A DNA stretch of 63,924 bases, filler included, from 6 parts of 6 records of this genome joined end to end with filler, not necessarily neighbours in it; one strand, 5' to 3'; shown: positions 30,697-40,973, numbered from the whole stretch's first letter. Numbers and translations are program-made. The notes: generated by a model not told the origin, from the sequence alone.

Positions 30697-30731
30697 TCAG
30701 ACGATCAGCATCGCGTCTCCGTAGCTGAAGA
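30697..30731 (-). CDS. queA: Extreme C-terminus of QueA (tRNA ribosyltransferase-isomerase), truncated by contig edge
   Basis: Minus strand reads FSYGDAMLIV-stop, the characteristic QueA terminus. Absent from the ORF track. Confidence 0.75.
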
Positions 30732-30831
30732 NNNNNNNNNNNNNNNNNNNNNNNNNNNNNNNNNNNNNNNNNNNNTTAATTAATTAANNNNNNNNNNNNN
30801 NNNNNNNNNNNNNNNNNNNNNNNNNNNNNNN
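30732..30831. other. Artificial contig linker
   Basis: 44 N + TTAATTAATTAA + 44 N. Confidence 0.98.
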
Positions 30832-30844
30832 ACGCTCGCTTTCC

Positions 30845-30962
30845 GACCCCTCCCGCTGCACGGGCGGGGTTCTCAATGCGTTACTGGCGATGCACGTAAA
30901 AATTCACAACCTCCTTGAGGGGGTGTGAAGTAAGTGCCATTCGGCTAACGCCAATCGGCTAA
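30845..30962. repeat. REP-like GC hairpin elements at contig start
   Basis: ACCCCTCCCG..CGGGCGGGGT, CCTCCTTGAGGGGG and CGGCTAACGCCAATCGGCTA. Their position at an assembly break suggests multicopy sequence. Confidence 0.4.
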
Positions 30963-31036
30963 TTGTTGTCATTCGGTATACGACTCAATCAGCAGGCTGT
31001 CACGCCTCGGGTTGCCGAGCAACCGAAGAAACCGGA

Positions 31037-31867
31037 TCACTCAGGTTGCCGGATCCAATGACGTTGCCGCTCCATCACGCTGGGGGCTGGCGGCATCGCT
31101 GGCATTTCGACATCTGGGATTCGAAAGGAACGCGTCCGAGCTGACTCTTGAGAGGAGGGCGAACGATGCAGATCCATCGTCGGCGGACGAAGAACTTGCT
31201 GCCGCGTATCCGGCCTCATTCGAGATTCAGGAATCGAACTGGCCAACTGAGCCGGTGTCGACTCCTCGTGAACAGCCGGACTGGATGCCAAATTTGCCGA
31301 CGCGGTCGTCGCGGATTGAGCTGCGACTTGTTGCCCGCTTGGTGGCGACGCTCCGTGAACGCGAGCCTCTGCTTTGCCGATCGGCGGCATCGACTGACGT
31401 GGCAACGGATTCGAAGGCGATCCCGACAACGCATTGAATCGTTGATCGGGGAAGTGGGGATTGCTCAGCGGAACCGCCAAGTCGTTGTATGTCAGCGGCA
31501 ATCGACCGTCCCGGCGTGGACGAGCCGGCTGGCGTGACGGAATTGTGTCCGGACCAGTTGCGGCAAAGGCGTCCGAACGCGAAGGAGCGGCAAAACCTTG
31601 GCTGGGCGGGTCCGGCAGATACTGATTGGGCCAACCGTTCGATGCAGAACGACCGGAAGCCAGATCCGATTGACCGGCCAGCGAAGGTTCCGTGTCCCAA
31701 GGCGGATTGAGCGGAGCGGACGTGGCGATCGCGAACGGTGCCGACGTCGGACCGGTTGCCAAAGCGTTGGGATCGGAAGACTCAGGATGAACCGCGTCGC
31801 GACGAAATGGAATTGCGGCGAGGAAGCCACCGACAACGATGATCGTGCCGAGGGTGAGATTTCGCAT
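31037..31867 (-). CDS. Pro/Ser-rich hypothetical protein with N-terminal membrane anchor
   Basis: MRNLTLGTIIVVGGFLAAIPFRR, low-complexity body, C-terminal RQRHWIRQPE. Confidence 0.65.
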   Translation of the reverse strand: MRNLTLGTIIVVGGFLAAIPFRRDAVHPESSDPNALATGPTSAPFAIATSAPLNPPWDTEPSLAGQSDLASGRSASNGWPNQYLPDPPSQGFAAPSRSDAFAATGPDTIPSRQPARPRRDGRLPLTYNDLAVPLSNPHFPDQRFNALSGSPSNPLPRQSMPPIGKAEARVHGASPPSGQQVAAQSATTASANLASSPAVHEESTPAQLASSIPESRMRPDTRQQVLRPPTMDLHRSPSSQESARTRSFRIPDVEMPAMPPAPSVMERQRHWIRQPE

Positions 31868-32184
31868 GAGAAGGACTCGAAGGCTGGGGGGAAAAGAACA
31901 TTCCAGCTTCGTCCATGAAATGGCACCGTCGATCGCTTCATGCGGGTGCCTATCGAGTAGATCGGCACCGGGAGTCGCAATAGACGCAACAATTTCTCTG
32001 CCGACGCACGACCGCTGCAAACGAAAAGGTCCCGGGCGAATAGCTTCATCGACCGGAATAAACGGGCGCCAAGCAACCTTTAGCTCGCTGGTCTCCTACC
32101 GAGAGCTGACTGTTTTTTCAGTGCTCGGCTCGCTGGAGGGCCCCAGCGAGCGACGTCTTTACGAGCGACGGTCTTCGATCCGAA

Positions 32185-32946
32185 TCAGGCGGCTTGGGGT
32201 GTCGCTTCGGGGGTCACTTCGCGAATCGCGTTTGCGAGCACTCGCAGGACCTCGCGTCGACGACGGACCGGACGAGCTGCCCAAGCTCGATTCAGCACAA
32301 CTTCAACGCCCAAGTAATGCACATCGTAAAAGTGCTTTCGCATCGCTTTCGTGAGCGAATCATTCGTCCCGCGGCCCGGATGATTTCGGCGGACACGAAG
32401 ATCAGGCATCGCGAAATACAACTCGTCGGATAGATCCAAGCACCAATCCAGCTCGTCGGCACGCCCGGGATCGTAGAGCAACCCCACGTCGCCACGCTGC
32501 CATTGCCCCGACGCTGATCGAGCCGCGAAAGTGCGAATGGACAGATGAACGACATACGGGAATTCCAGCAGCATGCCGCTCACCCGGCGCCGGACCGCAT
32601 CCCGGTACGGGGTGCGAATCTCCGACAAAATTGATTTTCGAATCTTCGCTGGCAACTTCCGAATCGCCGGTGGAAAAAGATTGCGGTGGTGGACCGATCG
32701 GCCGACATCCACCAAATCAGCCCGGAAGGGGTTTGCTATCAATTCGCACCCGGCGTGCTCAGCAATGATCCGAGAAGCAAAATGGGCGTCGCGATCGACC
32801 AGCGGCAATGACAGACGGGACGCCGGCGATGAGATGACCGCATCGACGCCTGCGAAGGTATTCTTCCACCCGGCATGTGCCAAAGGCTCGCGCAGTGATT
32901 CTGGGATCCGGTCGCCTCCGGAGTCGCAGGTCACTAAGAGAGCCAT
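32185..32946 (-). CDS. N-formylglutamate amidohydrolase-like protein (degenerate active site)
   Basis: LLVTCDSGG, LVDVGRS, PYRDAV, HLSIRTF, DVGLLYDP, VRRNHPGRG, YLGVEV. Confidence 0.7.
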   Translation of the reverse strand: MALLVTCDSGGDRIPESLREPLAHAGWKNTFAGVDAVISSPASRLSLPLVDRDAHFASRIIAEHAGCELIANPFRADLVDVGRSVHHRNLFPPAIRKLPAKIRKSILSEIRTPYRDAVRRRVSGMLLEFPYVVHLSIRTFAARSASGQWQRGDVGLLYDPGRADELDWCLDLSDELYFAMPDLRVRRNHPGRGTNDSLTKAMRKHFYDVHYLGVEVVLNRAWAARPVRRRREVLRVLANAIREVTPEATPQAA

Positions 32947-32961
32947 CTCTGTTCTCCCGGA

Positions 32962-34353
32962 TTATTCCGCCGTCCAGTGGTGTGCCCGGCCGATCAACTG
33001 CTCCAAATCCGACCAATAATTCGGATAGGTCTTGCCGGTGCAGGCGGGGTTTTCGATCTCGATCCCGCCAAGTCGCAGCCCCGCCAACGAAAAGCTCATC
33101 GCCATTCGGTGGTCGTGGTAAGTATCCAAGCGTACCGGACTTTCGTCGCTGACAGCGGGTTCACTCAACGGATGAATCGTCATCCCGTCGTCATGTTCCT
33201 GGATCGTCGCCCCAAGCTTTCGAAGCTCGCTGGCCAGATCGCCAATCCGGTCAGTCTCTTTGAACCGATTGTGAGCGACGCCACGAACGCGCGTTGGCGA
33301 ATTAGCGAACAACGCCACCATCGCCAACGTTTGAACCGTGTCGCTGATCGCATTCATGTCGACATCGACACCGCGAAGCTGGCCGCCGGGCAAATTCGTT
33401 GCGATCACGCGGATCGAATCTTCACCTTCTTCGATTTGGCAACCCATCATTTCCAAGACATCGACAAATGCGACGTCGCCCTGAGTTGCTGCTCGACTCA
33501 GCCCGTTCACGGTGACATCGCCGCCGGAGATTGCCGCGGCCGCCCAGAAATAACTGGCTGCCGAAGCATCGGGTTCAATTGACCAACCAATCGCGTCGTA
33601 GTCGCCAGAGATTTGAACCAGAACATCGTCCTGAGCAGCCGCCGGCCACTGCAATTCGACAGACGCACCAAAGACCTGCATCGCATCGGCGGTCATCTCA
33701 ACGTAGGGACGCGAGACCAATTCGCCGACGACTCGGATCGTAACGGGCTGGTTCGAGCGACGACTGGCCAGCGGCGCGGCCATCATCAAACCGCTCAGAT
33801 ATTGACTGCTCACACTGCCGGCAACGCTCAGCTCATGCTTCGCCCACCCCGCCGTTTGAATATGAACGGGCGGACAACCGCCTTCGGAGACCGCTTCGAT
33901 GCGACCGTCAACGACTGGCGAAAGAGCGTCCACCAAATCTCCGATGGGACGCTCGTGCATGCGGGGGACACCCGACAGAACATAGTTGCCACCCAGAGCG
34001 GACAAAGCGGCGGTCAAAAACCGGACCGTCGTTCCGCTGTTAGCGATGTACAAATCGTACGGCGAGTCCGATTCCGGTGCGGACTGGACGCCGGTGACCA
34101 CGAGGGTTCGTCCGGCATCATGCGACTCGATTTCGACACCAATCTTACGGAGCGAATCCGTCATGACATGGGTGTCTTCGCTGACCAAGGCACCTTCTAG
34201 CTGACTGGTGCCACGACCGAAGGCGGCCATCAACAGGGCTCGATTGGTCAGACTCTTGCTACCGGGAGGCCGAATAGAACCGCAGACTGGACCACCGGGA
34301 ATGACTCGGACAGTGGCGATCGCGTCGGACGGTGATTCGGTGGTCGAGTTCAT
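32962..34353 (-). CDS. aroA: 3-phosphoshikimate 1-carboxyvinyltransferase (EPSP synthase)
   Basis: PGSKSLTNR, NSGTTVRFL, RMHERP, SSQYLSGL, EPDASAASYF, KETDRI, DHRMAM, KTYP. Confidence 0.96.
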   Translation of the reverse strand: MNSTTESPSDAIATVRVIPGGPVCGSIRPPGSKSLTNRALLMAAFGRGTSQLEGALVSEDTHVMTDSLRKIGVEIESHDAGRTLVVTGVQSAPESDSPYDLYIANSGTTVRFLTAALSALGGNYVLSGVPRMHERPIGDLVDALSPVVDGRIEAVSEGGCPPVHIQTAGWAKHELSVAGSVSSQYLSGLMMAAPLASRRSNQPVTIRVVGELVSRPYVEMTADAMQVFGASVELQWPAAAQDDVLVQISGDYDAIGWSIEPDASAASYFWAAAAISGGDVTVNGLSRAATQGDVAFVDVLEMMGCQIEEGEDSIRVIATNLPGGQLRGVDVDMNAISDTVQTLAMVALFANSPTRVRGVAHNRFKETDRIGDLASELRKLGATIQEHDDGMTIHPLSEPAVSDESPVRLDTYHDHRMAMSFSLAGLRLGGIEIENPACTGKTYPNYWSDLEQLIGRAHHWTAE

Positions 34354-34655
34354 GAACCGGCTAGAGTCGGGTGTTCGGGTGAGGACGAAGTCCGGGGTGG
34401 ATGCTGCCCGGGAATCCAAAGGGATCCAACAATCATGACCGCCAAGGTCACCGTGTGGATCAACCAAGTCGGTTCGCTGGTGGTCACGGTATGGGCCGTG
34501 ATCACGCTCATCATAACCAATAATGCCAAAAAACGCCGTTCAGCACGACGGGCCGCAGCTCCCACGGACAATTTACTGACCATCAACATGATCAATGCGA
34601 TCAAAGGCAATCCGATGGCACTGGTGGCGGTCGCCAAAAAAATTAACTGAGGCAT
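34350..34655 (-). CDS. Small 3-TM hypothetical protein
   Basis: Three hydrophobic segments; its stop overlaps the aroA start (ATGA). Confidence 0.6.
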   Translation of the reverse strand: MPQLIFLATATSAIGLPLIALIMLMVSKLSVGAAARRAERRFLALLVMMSVITAHTVTTSEPTWLIHTVTLAVMIVGSLWIPGQHPPRTSSSPEHPTLAGS

Positions 34656-35022
34656 CACTGGCATCCTGCGTGAAGCGGAACAAAAAGAAGAGACCGGTTG
34701 AGAGCGTTCCTTGCTCGCCGGGAACGCTCTTGTCACATGTTTGCCCCGGTTCGTGGAAGAGCGAACTTGAGCGGAACTTCAAAATTTTTGCCGGAAAATT
34801 CGGACCAACCGAAATAATCGACAAAAACTCCCCAAATTACCTCACCCGAAATCTGCTGGATTCCGATAGGGATGGTGGAGGGTTTTGTGTCCTGACGTTT
34901 TTGCAAACCGCTTGCCAATCGTCGAGCTCAAGCCCCGGGAAATGGATGCCGGAAGCAATTGTTTCCGTTCGCCCGCCTTCCCACCCGTCACAACCTCCCC
35001 CCTTTCACCTCTCCGAACCCAC

Positions 35023-35493
35023 ATGTCCGCTCGAAGAACCGCCTCTGCCGTTTTTTCGCTGATCTTGCTGGTCACGCTGGTGGTCCCATCAACCGGCTGC
35101 CGATTGTGCGGTGATTGCGATATGGATGCCTATCCAGCTTATGGCGGAGCTTGGGAAAGAACGCTTCGCGAAACGGGGCGGGTCGGCAGTGTCTTCGATC
35201 CCGGTGGCGTGCGAGCGGCTGATATCGAGGCCCGGACCGATCCGGAAGCCGCCGATCGCCGAATCCGCGCCCAATCGCGGTACGACAACGATGGCTCATC
35301 CGATTCGGGTGAAGATCGTCAAAAGAAGTCCGACGACGAGCAACGGAAGCTTGACGAAGAGACTCGCGACAACGACAAAACGCCGGAACAACAGAAAGCA
35401 GAGCTCGAGGAACTGGAAAAGCGTCTGGAGGGCCTGAATTTGCAAGATATCCGTTACGTCGAACCACGCGAAAACCAATCGGATTGGAATTAG
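35023..35493 (+). CDS. Hypothetical lipoprotein
   Basis: Signal peptide ending STGC, then RLCGDCD..YPAYGG...GRVGSVF and a charged helical tail. Confidence 0.65.
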   Translation: MSARRTASAVFSLILLVTLVVPSTGCRLCGDCDMDAYPAYGGAWERTLRETGRVGSVFDPGGVRAADIEARTDPEAADRRIRAQSRYDNDGSSDSGEDRQKKSDDEQRKLDEETRDNDKTPEQQKAELEELEKRLEGLNLQDIRYVEPRENQSDWN

Positions 35494-35529
35494 CAAGCTT
35501 CGGCGGCTCCTAAAACAAAGCCCCTGTGC

Positions 35530-36492
35530 GTGAAATTCGATCCCCGCAAGCTCGTCGGCCCGTTCATGGCGTTGCTGCTGTTCGGCTTGGCCGTCCGGCT
35601 GCTGATCGGCGAAGCCCAAAAGGTGTCGTGGGATGACTTCGTCGCTGGTTTGACCGGCGTCCCCACCGCCTACCTGATCATCGCGACATTCCTGGTCGCT
35701 CTGAACTACGGACTGCTGATCTGCTACGACATTTTGGCACTCCGATACGTTTGCCGGGCACTTCCATTGCGACGGGTGTCGTTGGTCGCGTTTCTTGGCT
35801 ACGCTTTGGGAAACAACCTGGGCACGCTGCTGGCCGCCGCTCCGATCCGCTATCGGTTCTACCACCGTTGGGGCCTGACGCACCGGCAGATTGTTGCCCT
35901 GATGAGCGTTCTGGCGTTGACGTTCTGGTCGGGCGTCTGCGTGCTGGGCGGAGTCGTTTTGGTCCTGCACCCCATCGAACTGCCCGCCAAGTTTGATCTG
36001 CCCTTCGGTGTGCGAACGCTGGGCGCCATCCTGCTGTCGATTGCCGTTTTTTACGCAGTCATTTGCTTGGTATGGCACAAACCATGGCCGATTGGAAAGC
36101 TGCATCTTCGGCCACCAAGCCTGGGACTTGCGACCGCACAGGCCTCCGTCGCAATCGTTGACCTGACAATCTCCGCCACGGCACTCTACTTGGTGATGCC
36201 CGGTGACGCGGTCGTTCCATTTCCAACCGTATTGGCAGCGTATTTGGTGGGAATTACGGTTTCGCTGATCACGCAGGTCCCCGGCGGACTGGGAGTCCTC
36301 GAGCTGATCCTTTGGACGCTTCTGAAAGACACCGTCGGAAAACCCGTGCTCGCATCCGTTCTCATCTTTCGCGTTATCTACTACATTTTGCCGCTACTGG
36401 TCGGAATGGTTGTTTTGGTCGCGCATGAGATCTACAGCGGCGCGATGGAAGCACGCCACGATGCCGAAGCCTTTGATTCCACCACCACCTAA
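35530..36492 (+). CDS. Lysylphosphatidylglycerol synthase TM / flippase-like domain protein (YbhN/MprF N-terminal type)
   Basis: YDILAL, ALGNNLG, IRYRFYHRWG, VPGGLGVLE, FRVIYYILPL. No C-terminal synthase domain. Confidence 0.85.
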   Translation: MKFDPRKLVGPFMALLLFGLAVRLLIGEAQKVSWDDFVAGLTGVPTAYLIIATFLVALNYGLLICYDILALRYVCRALPLRRVSLVAFLGYALGNNLGTLLAAAPIRYRFYHRWGLTHRQIVALMSVLALTFWSGVCVLGGVVLVLHPIELPAKFDLPFGVRTLGAILLSIAVFYAVICLVWHKPWPIGKLHLRPPSLGLATAQASVAIVDLTISATALYLVMPGDAVVPFPTVLAAYLVGITVSLITQVPGGLGVLELILWTLLKDTVGKPVLASVLIFRVIYYILPLLVGMVVLVAHEIYSGAMEARHDAEAFDSTTT

Positions 36493-36755
36493 CGTTCTAC
36501 TGAGCGTGCGCCGGTTGGTAATTTGAGCCAAATTCGTGTCATTGCACCAACCAAATTGCCGGTTTGCTGCGTAGAACGATGCGATAAAATAGATGCGGAT
36601 GCGGAGCATGCTTGAGCATTCACCATGCGTTTGCATCTCGTCATTGTGAATGAACACTATTCGAGCGATTAAACGAGCGAGTCCTGTTCTCACCGCTACG
36701 CTGCTTCTACCCACCTCAATTGCCCCTTCCTTGCTTTCAACCACAAGGCCGAACG

Positions 36756-37460
36756 ATGCCACTGCTCTCAAAGCCTCTTTGGAAACACGTTTTTGGACTC
36801 GCGATTGCGGGCGGCCTCGTTTTCGCGGTCGCCGGATGCGGTGAGCCAATGGCATCGACCCAGGCGAATGACGCTCCGGTGACGAAGTCTTCTGGCACAA
36901 AATCAGGTGACACCGAAAAAACCGCCAAGACTGAAACGGCGTCGACAAGCAAGAAGACCACGCCTCTCCTCACCCACAACCGATATGAGCTGAAGATGGA
37001 TTCGAGCCCGTTCAACAAGCTAACCGAAGCGGAAGCCTACGTGATTTTGCACAAGGGCACCGAACCACCTGGAGATGGCGGCTACACACTGACCAAAGAC
37101 CCGGGCACGTATATCTGCAAACGCTGCAACACACCGCTGTATCACGCGAAAGACAAATTCATCAGCCACTGCGGTTGGCCCAGTTTCGATGATGAAATCG
37201 AAGGTGCGGTCAAGCGCCAACGCGATGCCGATGGTCGCCGAATCGAAATCGTTTGTGCCAATTGCGACGGTCACCTCGGTCACGTTTTTCACGGCGAACG
37301 TCTGACGCCCAAAAACGAGCGTCATTGCGTGAACTCCATTTCGATGAAGTTTATCCCGGAAGGCAAAGAAATGCCAAAGCCGATCAAAGCCAGCGACGTG
37401 AAGAAAGCCGAAAAGGCGATGGAGTCGAAAGCGGCCAAGAAAGAGACCGCTGCCGAGTAA
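36756..37460 (+). CDS. msrB: Methionine-R-sulfoxide reductase with lipoprotein signal peptide
   Basis: KGTE, CKRC, HCGWPSF, RIEIVCANCDGHLGHVF, RHCVNS; lipobox VAGC. Confidence 0.92.
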   Translation: MPLLSKPLWKHVFGLAIAGGLVFAVAGCGEPMASTQANDAPVTKSSGTKSGDTEKTAKTETASTSKKTTPLLTHNRYELKMDSSPFNKLTEAEAYVILHKGTEPPGDGGYTLTKDPGTYICKRCNTPLYHAKDKFISHCGWPSFDDEIEGAVKRQRDADGRRIEIVCANCDGHLGHVFHGERLTPKNERHCVNSISMKFIPEGKEMPKPIKASDVKKAEKAMESKAAKKETAAE

Positions 37461-37482
37461 TCTTCGCTCGATCTAAAGGTCT

Positions 37483-38385
37483 TCACTCGATCCAATCAAG
37501 TGATTTTAGAAACGCGACCGTCTTCTCCATCGTGTCGCGATAAATCTTTCCTCCCCCATCGGTCTTCTTCGCGTTGAAGAAACCATGGGGCTGGCCTTCG
37601 TAGAGATGCAGCTCACTGCGAACGCCAACTTCTTTGCAGTCGTCGCGAAAACGCTCTGCGGTTGCAACTGGGATTAAGTTGTCTTTGGTTCCCAAGAAAA
37701 CGATCGATGGTGGGTCATCTTTCGTGATGTTGTGAGCGGGCGAGTACTTCGCGAATTCGTCGCCGACGCGTGCCGTTCCCCATCCGCCGGGACCATTGTC
37801 GTAAACGGGATTGAACAGCAACATCGCCGCGGGTTTTCGCGAAGCTCCATCAACAACCTGGTCATCCATCGTGCCCAAGTAGGCTGCCAAATGACCGCCG
37901 GCGGAGCCACCACCGGAAGCCATCCGCTTGGGATCGATGCCAAATTTGCTGGCGTTTGCTCGGATATAACGAAACGCATCCGAGGCATCTTCCACACAGT
38001 TGTCCGGCGGAGTTTTGGACTTCTTGCCCAGCAAACGATACTTCACCCGAAAGCAAACCATTCCGTGACCGGCCAGTTCCTTGCTATGCAAAGCAAACTG
38101 CCCCGGCTTTCCACCCGTCCAACCACCGCCGTGGAAAAACACCGCGGCGGGACGAGAATCCTCGGCCGACCAATCCGCCGGTCGCGTCCAGTCGACGAAC
38201 AGTTCCGTCGACTTTCCTGAGGAATCATCCGTGACTGTTTTGTAAATGAACTGGTCTTCCACCACATCGCTCGATGACGGCGCGTCGAGCGTGGCGTCTT
38301 GACCTAGAACGCGATCGCCACTTCCAAACGATTGGCAAATGAGTGCGGTGGCAAAAACAAATGCAATCAAATGTCGGTGACTCAT
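37483..38385 (-). CDS. Secreted alpha/beta hydrolase (HSL-like esterase)
   Basis: FHGGGW, GGSAGG, D-x-L-I, HGFFN; signal peptide. Confidence 0.88.
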   Translation of the reverse strand: MSHRHLIAFVFATALICQSFGSGDRVLGQDATLDAPSSSDVVEDQFIYKTVTDDSSGKSTELFVDWTRPADWSAEDSRPAAVFFHGGGWTGGKPGQFALHSKELAGHGMVCFRVKYRLLGKKSKTPPDNCVEDASDAFRYIRANASKFGIDPKRMASGGGSAGGHLAAYLGTMDDQVVDGASRKPAAMLLFNPVYDNGPGGWGTARVGDEFAKYSPAHNITKDDPPSIVFLGTKDNLIPVATAERFRDDCKEVGVRSELHLYEGQPHGFFNAKKTDGGGKIYRDTMEKTVAFLKSLDWIE

Positions 38386-38392
38386 CGTGTCC

Positions 38393-38857
38393 TCAGCTCT
38401 TTTGAAGTGCGTCGCGAATTTCTCGCAACAGTTGAATGTCCTCGCTCGGCTTGGCGACTTCTTCCTCTTCCGGTTCATCTTCCATTCGCGACCGAGCAGC
38501 GTTGATCAGCTTAATCGCTACGAACAAGGCTAGGGCGATCAACAGGAACTCAAAAATGGTTTGAGTGAATGGTCCGTAGTTCAAAATCGGATAATCCTGA
38601 ACGACCAACCCGGCACCGTCGCCTTCGATGATCTTGCCTGCATCGTCCAGCTTGGGCGACTCCGTTTCAATCGTTAGAGCGGCCTCTTTGAAGTTGACTC
38701 CGGAGCGAGCTGTCAACAGATTGATCGGAGGCATGATGATGTTATCAACCAATGATTTCACGATGCCGCTGAAGGCACCGCCGATGACAACGCCGACCGC
38801 CAAATCAATGACGCTGCCCTTGAGCGCAAACTCTTTAAACTCTTGAACCAAACCCAT
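38393..38857 (-). CDS. mscL: Large-conductance mechanosensitive channel
   Basis: EFKEFALKGSVIDLAVGVVIGGAF, SLVDNIIMPPI, NYG.F, LLREIRDAL. Confidence 0.96.
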   Translation of the reverse strand: MGLVQEFKEFALKGSVIDLAVGVVIGGAFSGIVKSLVDNIIMPPINLLTARSGVNFKEAALTIETESPKLDDAGKIIEGDGAGLVVQDYPILNYGPFTQTIFEFLLIALALFVAIKLINAARSRMEDEPEEEEVAKPSEDIQLLREIRDALQKS

Positions 38858-39219
38858 AACGTCCCCTCGCTCTTTTTGGTGTGCACCACATCCAACAAAA
38901 CGCAAACACAACGCTTGCGATGAATGCGGACAGACTAGGCGAGTGACACCTGTCTACCAAGCCACTGGCTTCAATTTGCATTTGCATCGTTGTTCAATTG
39001 AGCCTGCTTTTGAATAGTCAAAACCGCGACAGGATTGGCAACTTCAGAGGTGAGCCATCTTCCATTCCGGTGGCGTATTGGTGGTGAGGTTTCCGGAAAC
39101 GACAGGCTCATCAATCGTCACCGCCAATGCCAAATCACGGATCAAATCAGCAAGTACACTGGCGATCTGGCGGACCGCGTCTTGAATGCTTCCCAAATAT
39201 CACAACTGAGATGGACCCG

Positions 39220-40755
39220 ATGAATTGGAAATGTTTCGCGAGCTTGTTGATGCTGTTTTTCCTGAGTGCTCAGGTGAACGCCGATGACACGGCTTCGTCG
39301 AAAGACACAGCCGCTGACGAAAAATCAAGCGACGAGCTAACGGACAAATTCGTCACGACCGAGCATTCTTTCAGCGTTGCCGGCGAGACCATTGACTACA
39401 CCGCCACCGCCGGTCGACTCGTCATGCAAACTGACGAACTGGATCCGAAGGCCGAGGTGTTCTTCGTCTCCTACACAAGAAAAACAGACGACGTCACCAA
39501 ACGTCCGATCACCTTCTGCTTCAACGGAGGGCCAGGTTCATCATCCGTTTGGTTGCACTTGGGGATGTTGGGGCCAAAGATCATTCGCTTTCCCGATGAC
39601 GCGTCATTTTTGCGACCGCCCTATCACTTGGATGAAAATCACCAAAGCCTGCTCGACATCACCGATCTGGTTTTCATTGATCCGGTGAGCACCGGATACA
39701 GCCGTCCGGCAAAGGACGTCAACAAAAGTGAATTCCATGGATACAACGAAGACGTTCGTAGCGTCGGTCAATTCATTCACGACTACACCACGATCTTCGA
39801 ACGTTGGCTCTCACCCAAGGTCATCCTGGGTGAAAGTTACGGTGGACTCCGCGTGGCGGGACTGAGTGGTTACTTGCGTGATCACTACAAAATGGAACTC
39901 AATGGCGCCGTCGTCATTTCCGGCGCGATCAACTTTCAAACGCTTCGGTTCTCGCCCAGCAACGACGTTCCCGACGTTTGCTTTCTGCCGACCTACACCG
40001 CAACGGCTTGGTACCACAAACAACTGAACGACGAACTGCAATCGTTGCCCCTGGCCGACGTTGTTGCGGAATCGGAAAAATTCGCCTATCGGCAATACGC
40101 TCCCGCACTGCTGAAAGGAACCAGTATTGGCAAGAAGGAGCGTGAACGTGTCGCCAAAGAACTGGCTCGTTTAACGGGTCTGTCTGAAGACTACCTGCTG
40201 TCGTCCAACTTGAAGCTCTCGATGCAACGGTTTGGCAAAGAACTGCTTCGCGACGAAGGTTTGACGGTCGGCCGGTTTGATGGTCGCTACACCAGCATCG
40301 ATCGCGACTCAGCCGGCGAAACACCTGAATTCGATGCCAGTGGTGCTGCAATCTTCGGCCCCTTCACGGCATGCCTGAACGACTACATGCATCGCGATTT
40401 GAATTACAAGGATCGCCGCGTTTATGAAATCCTGACTGGCAACGTGCACCCGTGGAGTTACAAACCGTTTGAGGGTCGCTACGTCGACGCTTCAGAAACG
40501 CTTCGCGGCGCGATGGCCGCCAACCCATCGCTGAAATTGTTCGTCGCCTGCGGTTACTTCGACTTAGCAACGCCTCACTTCGCGATGGAATACACCATCG
40601 ATCACATGGGGCTCTCACCGGAAAGAAGCAAGAACCTGACGATCAAGCACTATGAGGGCGGACACATGATGTACATCCACGAACCGTCGCTCAAACAACT
40701 CCGCAAGGACTTGGTCGAGTTCTATGACGACGCCGTTGGGCACTCGGCGGATTAA
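39220..40755 (+). CDS. Peptidase S10 serine carboxypeptidase (secreted)
   Basis: FNGGPGSSS, FIDPVSTGYS, GESYGG, DLATP, YEGGHMMY. Confidence 0.92.
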   Translation: MNWKCFASLLMLFFLSAQVNADDTASSKDTAADEKSSDELTDKFVTTEHSFSVAGETIDYTATAGRLVMQTDELDPKAEVFFVSYTRKTDDVTKRPITFCFNGGPGSSSVWLHLGMLGPKIIRFPDDASFLRPPYHLDENHQSLLDITDLVFIDPVSTGYSRPAKDVNKSEFHGYNEDVRSVGQFIHDYTTIFERWLSPKVILGESYGGLRVAGLSGYLRDHYKMELNGAVVISGAINFQTLRFSPSNDVPDVCFLPTYTATAWYHKQLNDELQSLPLADVVAESEKFAYRQYAPALLKGTSIGKKERERVAKELARLTGLSEDYLLSSNLKLSMQRFGKELLRDEGLTVGRFDGRYTSIDRDSAGETPEFDASGAAIFGPFTACLNDYMHRDLNYKDRRVYEILTGNVHPWSYKPFEGRYVDASETLRGAMAANPSLKLFVACGYFDLATPHFAMEYTIDHMGLSPERSKNLTIKHYEGGHMMYIHEPSLKQLRKDLVEFYDDAVGHSAD

Positions 40756-40973
40756 TCTCTGGTGCTTCGTTGGGCGAGCGTCACTTTGGATGCAATTCAA
40801 CGCGATTCGTAGCAACCTCCGTTCGCATTTGCGAGCTGTTGATTCAATGAGCCGTACCGCGCTCGCAGCGGTTGACAGGACGCCAACCGAGACGAACGCC
40901 CCAATAGCTCATCCAACGTGACTCAGTCGAATCAGCAACTGTTCCGGAACGAGGCCGCAAACGTCGCGGCGAT

